From NCBI GenBank assembly GCA_937771065.1, contig CALJHU010000029.1:3529-67528 (forward strand): a stretch of DNA of 64,000 bases. The letters are read 5' to 3'. The notes beneath the pieces are model-generated. The model did no database searches. It was not told the origin of the DNA and saw only the letters and a program-made list of their open reading frames with translations. The position numbers were made by a program, and so were the translations under genes. This stretch comes from an uncultured Polaribacter sp. Its GTDB lineage: Bacteria > Bacteroidota > Bacteroidia > Flavobacteriales > Flavobacteriaceae. Positions 61,060-64,000 of this stretch are shown piece by piece. Every line of letters begins with the position of its first letter. The first letter of the stretch is position 1.

Positions 61060-62907
61060 TTATTTCTTCTTTTTAGTACCTGCTTCCATTTTCTCTTTAA
61101 GAGCTGCTAAACCACCGATGTCTCCAAGTGTAGTTTTTTCTGCATCTGCAGATTTTTTAACAGCTGTTTTTACATTTCTCTTTTCCTCCTCTCTAAAGAT
61201 AGAAGTATGAGAAACGACAACTCTTCTGTATTCTTTAGAAAATTCTAATACAATAAATGCTATTGTATCTCCCTTTCCTAATTTAGAACCATCTTCTTTT
61301 TCTAAGAATCTTGTTGGTGCAAAACCTTCTACGCCATCTGCGAAAGAGACTACTGCTCCTTTATCATTCTTTTCTTTGATAGTTCCTTCATGTGTAGAAC
61401 CGATTGCGTACGTAGCTTCATGTGCATCCCAAGGATTATCTTGTGTTTGCTTATGACCTAAGTTTAACTTTCTGTTCTCTACATCTAATTCTAATACTTG
61501 AACATCTAACTTGTCTCCAACAGTTACAAAATCTGATGGATGTTTGATTTTCTTAGTCCAAGATAAATCAGAAATATATACTAAACCGTCGATACCTTCT
61601 TCTAATTCTACGAAAACACCAAAGTTTGTGTAATTTCTTACAGTACCAGTGTGTGTAGAACCTACAGGATATTTAGTTGTAATATCTGTCCAAGGATCTG
61701 GATGTAATTGTTTGATACCTAAAGACATTTTACGGTCTTCTCTATCTAAAGTTAAAACTTGCGCTTCTACTTTATCACCAACTTTTACAAAATCTTGTGC
61801 AGAGCGTAAGTGTGTAGACCAAGACATTTCAGAAACGTGAATTAACCCTTCTACTCCTTGTTCTACTTCTACAAATGCGCCATAATCTGCAATTACTACA
61901 ACTTCTCCAGTAACTTTATCACCTACTTTTAAAGTATCGTTTAAAGCTTCCCAAGGATGCGCAGATAATTGTTTTAAACCTAATTGTATTCTAGATTTAT
62001 TATCATCAAAATCTAAAATTACAACGTTTAATTTTTGATCTAATTCAACAACCTCATTCGGGTGGTTAATTCTAGACCAAGATAAATCTGTAATATGTAC
62101 TAAACCATCTACACCACCTAAATCTACAAACACACCATAAGAAGTAATATTTTTAACAATACCTTCTAATACTTGTCCTTTTTCTAGTTGACCAATGATT
62201 TCTTTTTTCTGTAATTCAATATCTGCTTCAATAAGAGCTTTATGAGAAACTACAACATTTTTAAATTCGTGGTTGATTTTCACAACTTTGAATTCCATTG
62301 TTTTTTCTACGTATTGATCGTAATCTCTAATTGGCTTAACATCAATTTGAGATCCTGGTAAGAATGCTTCGATACCGAAAACATCTACAATCATACCACC
62401 TCTTGTTCTACATTTAACAAAACCGTTTACTACTTCACCTGTTTCATGAGCATTATTAACACGTTCCCATGCTTTAATAACTCTTGCTTTTTTGTGAGAT
62501 AATACTAATTGTCCAGAAGAATCTTCTCTCTTGTCAACTAATACTTCAACAGTATCACCTTCTTTTAAACCTTGGTTGTAACGAAATTCGTTTAAAGAAA
62601 TAACTCCTTCAGATTTAGAATTGATATCGATGATTGCATCTCTATCAGTAATTCTGATTACAGTTCCTTCGATTACGTCACGCTCGTTTACAAAACCTAC
62701 AGTTCCTTCTAACGCTTGCTCAAAATCTTTTAATTTTGCTTCATCAACAGCTTCAATACCTTGTTCGTATTTGTGCCAGTTAAAATCTGCTAAAAATTGT
62801 TTTGGATCTACAGCTTCTACAACCGTTTCTACAACAGCTTCAGTAGCTGTTTCTTGTACTTCAGTAGCAACTACTTGCTCTTCAGTGTTTTTTGTTTCTT
62901 CAGACAT
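61060..62907 (-). CDS. rpsA: 30S ribosomal protein bS1
   Basis: Six S1 repeats (YGVFVDLGGVDGLVHITDLSW and similar). Confidence 0.97.
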   Translation of the reverse strand: MSEETKNTEEQVVATEVQETATEAVVETVVEAVDPKQFLADFNWHKYEQGIEAVDEAKLKDFEQALEGTVGFVNERDVIEGTVIRITDRDAIIDINSKSEGVISLNEFRYNQGLKEGDTVEVLVDKREDSSGQLVLSHKKARVIKAWERVNNAHETGEVVNGFVKCRTRGGMIVDVFGIEAFLPGSQIDVKPIRDYDQYVEKTMEFKVVKINHEFKNVVVSHKALIEADIELQKKEIIGQLEKGQVLEGIVKNITSYGVFVDLGGVDGLVHITDLSWSRINHPNEVVELDQKLNVVILDFDDNKSRIQLGLKQLSAHPWEALNDTLKVGDKVTGEVVVIADYGAFVEVEQGVEGLIHVSEMSWSTHLRSAQDFVKVGDKVEAQVLTLDREDRKMSLGIKQLHPDPWTDITTKYPVGSTHTGTVRNYTNFGVFVELEEGIDGLVYISDLSWTKKIKHPSDFVTVGDKLDVQVLELDVENRKLNLGHKQTQDNPWDAHEATYAIGSTHEGTIKEKNDKGAVVSFADGVEGFAPTRFLEKEDGSKLGKGDTIAFIVLEFSKEYRRVVVSHTSIFREEEKRNVKTAVKKSADAEKTTLGDIGGLAALKEKMEAGTKKKK

Positions 62908-63029
62908 TTCTGAAAATAATTTTTGTATCTTATTGTTTTACAGATTCTTAACAATTAAAACAGCAAGAGATGTTTTTATGATTTTTGTTTACTTTTCCTT
63001 TCTTGAATCTGTTCTTGTAAAAAGGAATG

Positions 63030-63037
63030 CAAATTTA
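63030..63037 (-). promoter_or_regulatory. -7 promoter element of rpsA
   Basis: TAAATTTG on the minus strand about 120 nt upstream of the ATG. Confidence 0.65.
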
Positions 63038-63286
63038 CAAAAAATACTTGATTTTAAGTGTATTACGGAGTGAATATTTACTTTTTTTAAAATAAAAATA
63101 TAGGAATTAATTTTAAATATTTAGACTAATTTTAATGCTCTTAATACTTATATCTACCAATCGAAAGACCTATGAAATAAAAACTAACTAATTTATATCA
63201 TATTCTACTTATTTCATTTGTGAAAATTCGTAAAATCAGTGTCTAAAAACTACCTTTGCATTTTTTAATACCTTTTTGGTGATTTA

Positions 63287-63922
63287 ATGAAGATGGATAC
63301 ACATACACAAGATTTAGTTGATAAAGGAATAATGCTTCCTCTAATGGAAGAATTCTACACAATACAAGGTGAAGGTTCTCATACAGGGACTGCTGCTTAT
63401 TTTATTAGAGTTGGTGGTTGTGATGTTGGCTGCCATTGGTGTGATGTAAAAGAAAGTTGGAATGCAGATTTACACCCACCAACACTAGCAGATACTATTG
63501 TAGCTAATGTTACCAAAAATGCAAAAACTGTTGTTATTACCGGCGGTGAACCCTTAATGTGGTCTATGGATTATATTACAAATCTTTTACAAAAAAACAA
63601 CATAAAAACACATATTGAGACTTCTGGAGCCTATTCATTCTCTGGAAAATGGGATTGGTTTTGTCTATCTCCAAAGAAAACAAAATTACCCTTAGCCGAA
63701 TGTTATTCGGAAGCAGATGAGTTAAAAATGATTATTCATAATACCTCTGATTTTGATTTTGCCGAACAAGAAGCAGCGAAAATTAGTGGAAAATGTAAAC
63801 TATATTTACAACCAGAATGGAGTAAAAAAGAAAAAATGACTCCTTTAATTGTAGACTATGTCATGAAAAATCCGAAATGGAAAATTTCGCTTCAAACTCA
63901 TAAATTTTTAAATATTCCATAA
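63287..63922 (+). CDS. queE: 7-carboxy-7-deazaguanine synthase (radical SAM)
   Basis: EEFYTIQGEG, CDVGCHWCD, ITGGEP, ETSG, SLQTHK. Confidence 0.93.
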   Translation: MKMDTHTQDLVDKGIMLPLMEEFYTIQGEGSHTGTAAYFIRVGGCDVGCHWCDVKESWNADLHPPTLADTIVANVTKNAKTVVITGGEPLMWSMDYITNLLQKNNIKTHIETSGAYSFSGKWDWFCLSPKKTKLPLAECYSEADELKMIIHNTSDFDFAEQEAAKISGKCKLYLQPEWSKKEKMTPLIVDYVMKNPKWKISLQTHKFLNIP

Positions 63923-64000
63923 ATATATTTTTCGGTAAGCTCTTTCCTGCACTCAATACTTCTTTTATTTGTTTCTTTAGAGAATTAAAAAAATAGACTA

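Overview
AT-rich, mostly core-genome window from a Flavobacteriaceae bacterium (Bacteroidota). It looks Polaribacter/Tenacibaculum-like, inferred from gene content and TAnnTTTG -7 promoter boxes. It holds about 50 CDS, including menB, menD, fsa, pgm, pyc, cca, dapD, def, mazG, carB, rpmH, pyrG, yidC, two ppk2, three SurA-type foldases plus MoxR, recQ, fmt, HU, glmM, rpsA and queE. It also holds the SRP RNA, tRNA-Met and tRNA-Gly. No CRISPR, IS, integrase or prophage was seen. Main points of interest: (1) a three-gene mutagenesis cassette between two tRNAs (self-cleaving LexA/cI-like repressor divergent from a Y-family polymerase with a RecA-N-terminus-like tail and a second DnaE, with no imuA/imuB), controlled from a 52-bp spacer with a candidate operator; (2) two diverged Stealth phosphotransferases, each preceded by a copy of the 3' end of a GT2 gene, which suggests cassette capture by recombination; (3) a candidate kissing-loop RNA in the rpsA leader; (4) several likely leaderless genes. 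Five conserved genes carry single-base frameshifts that are probably assembly errors. All alignments and structures were done by eye and no searches were run.
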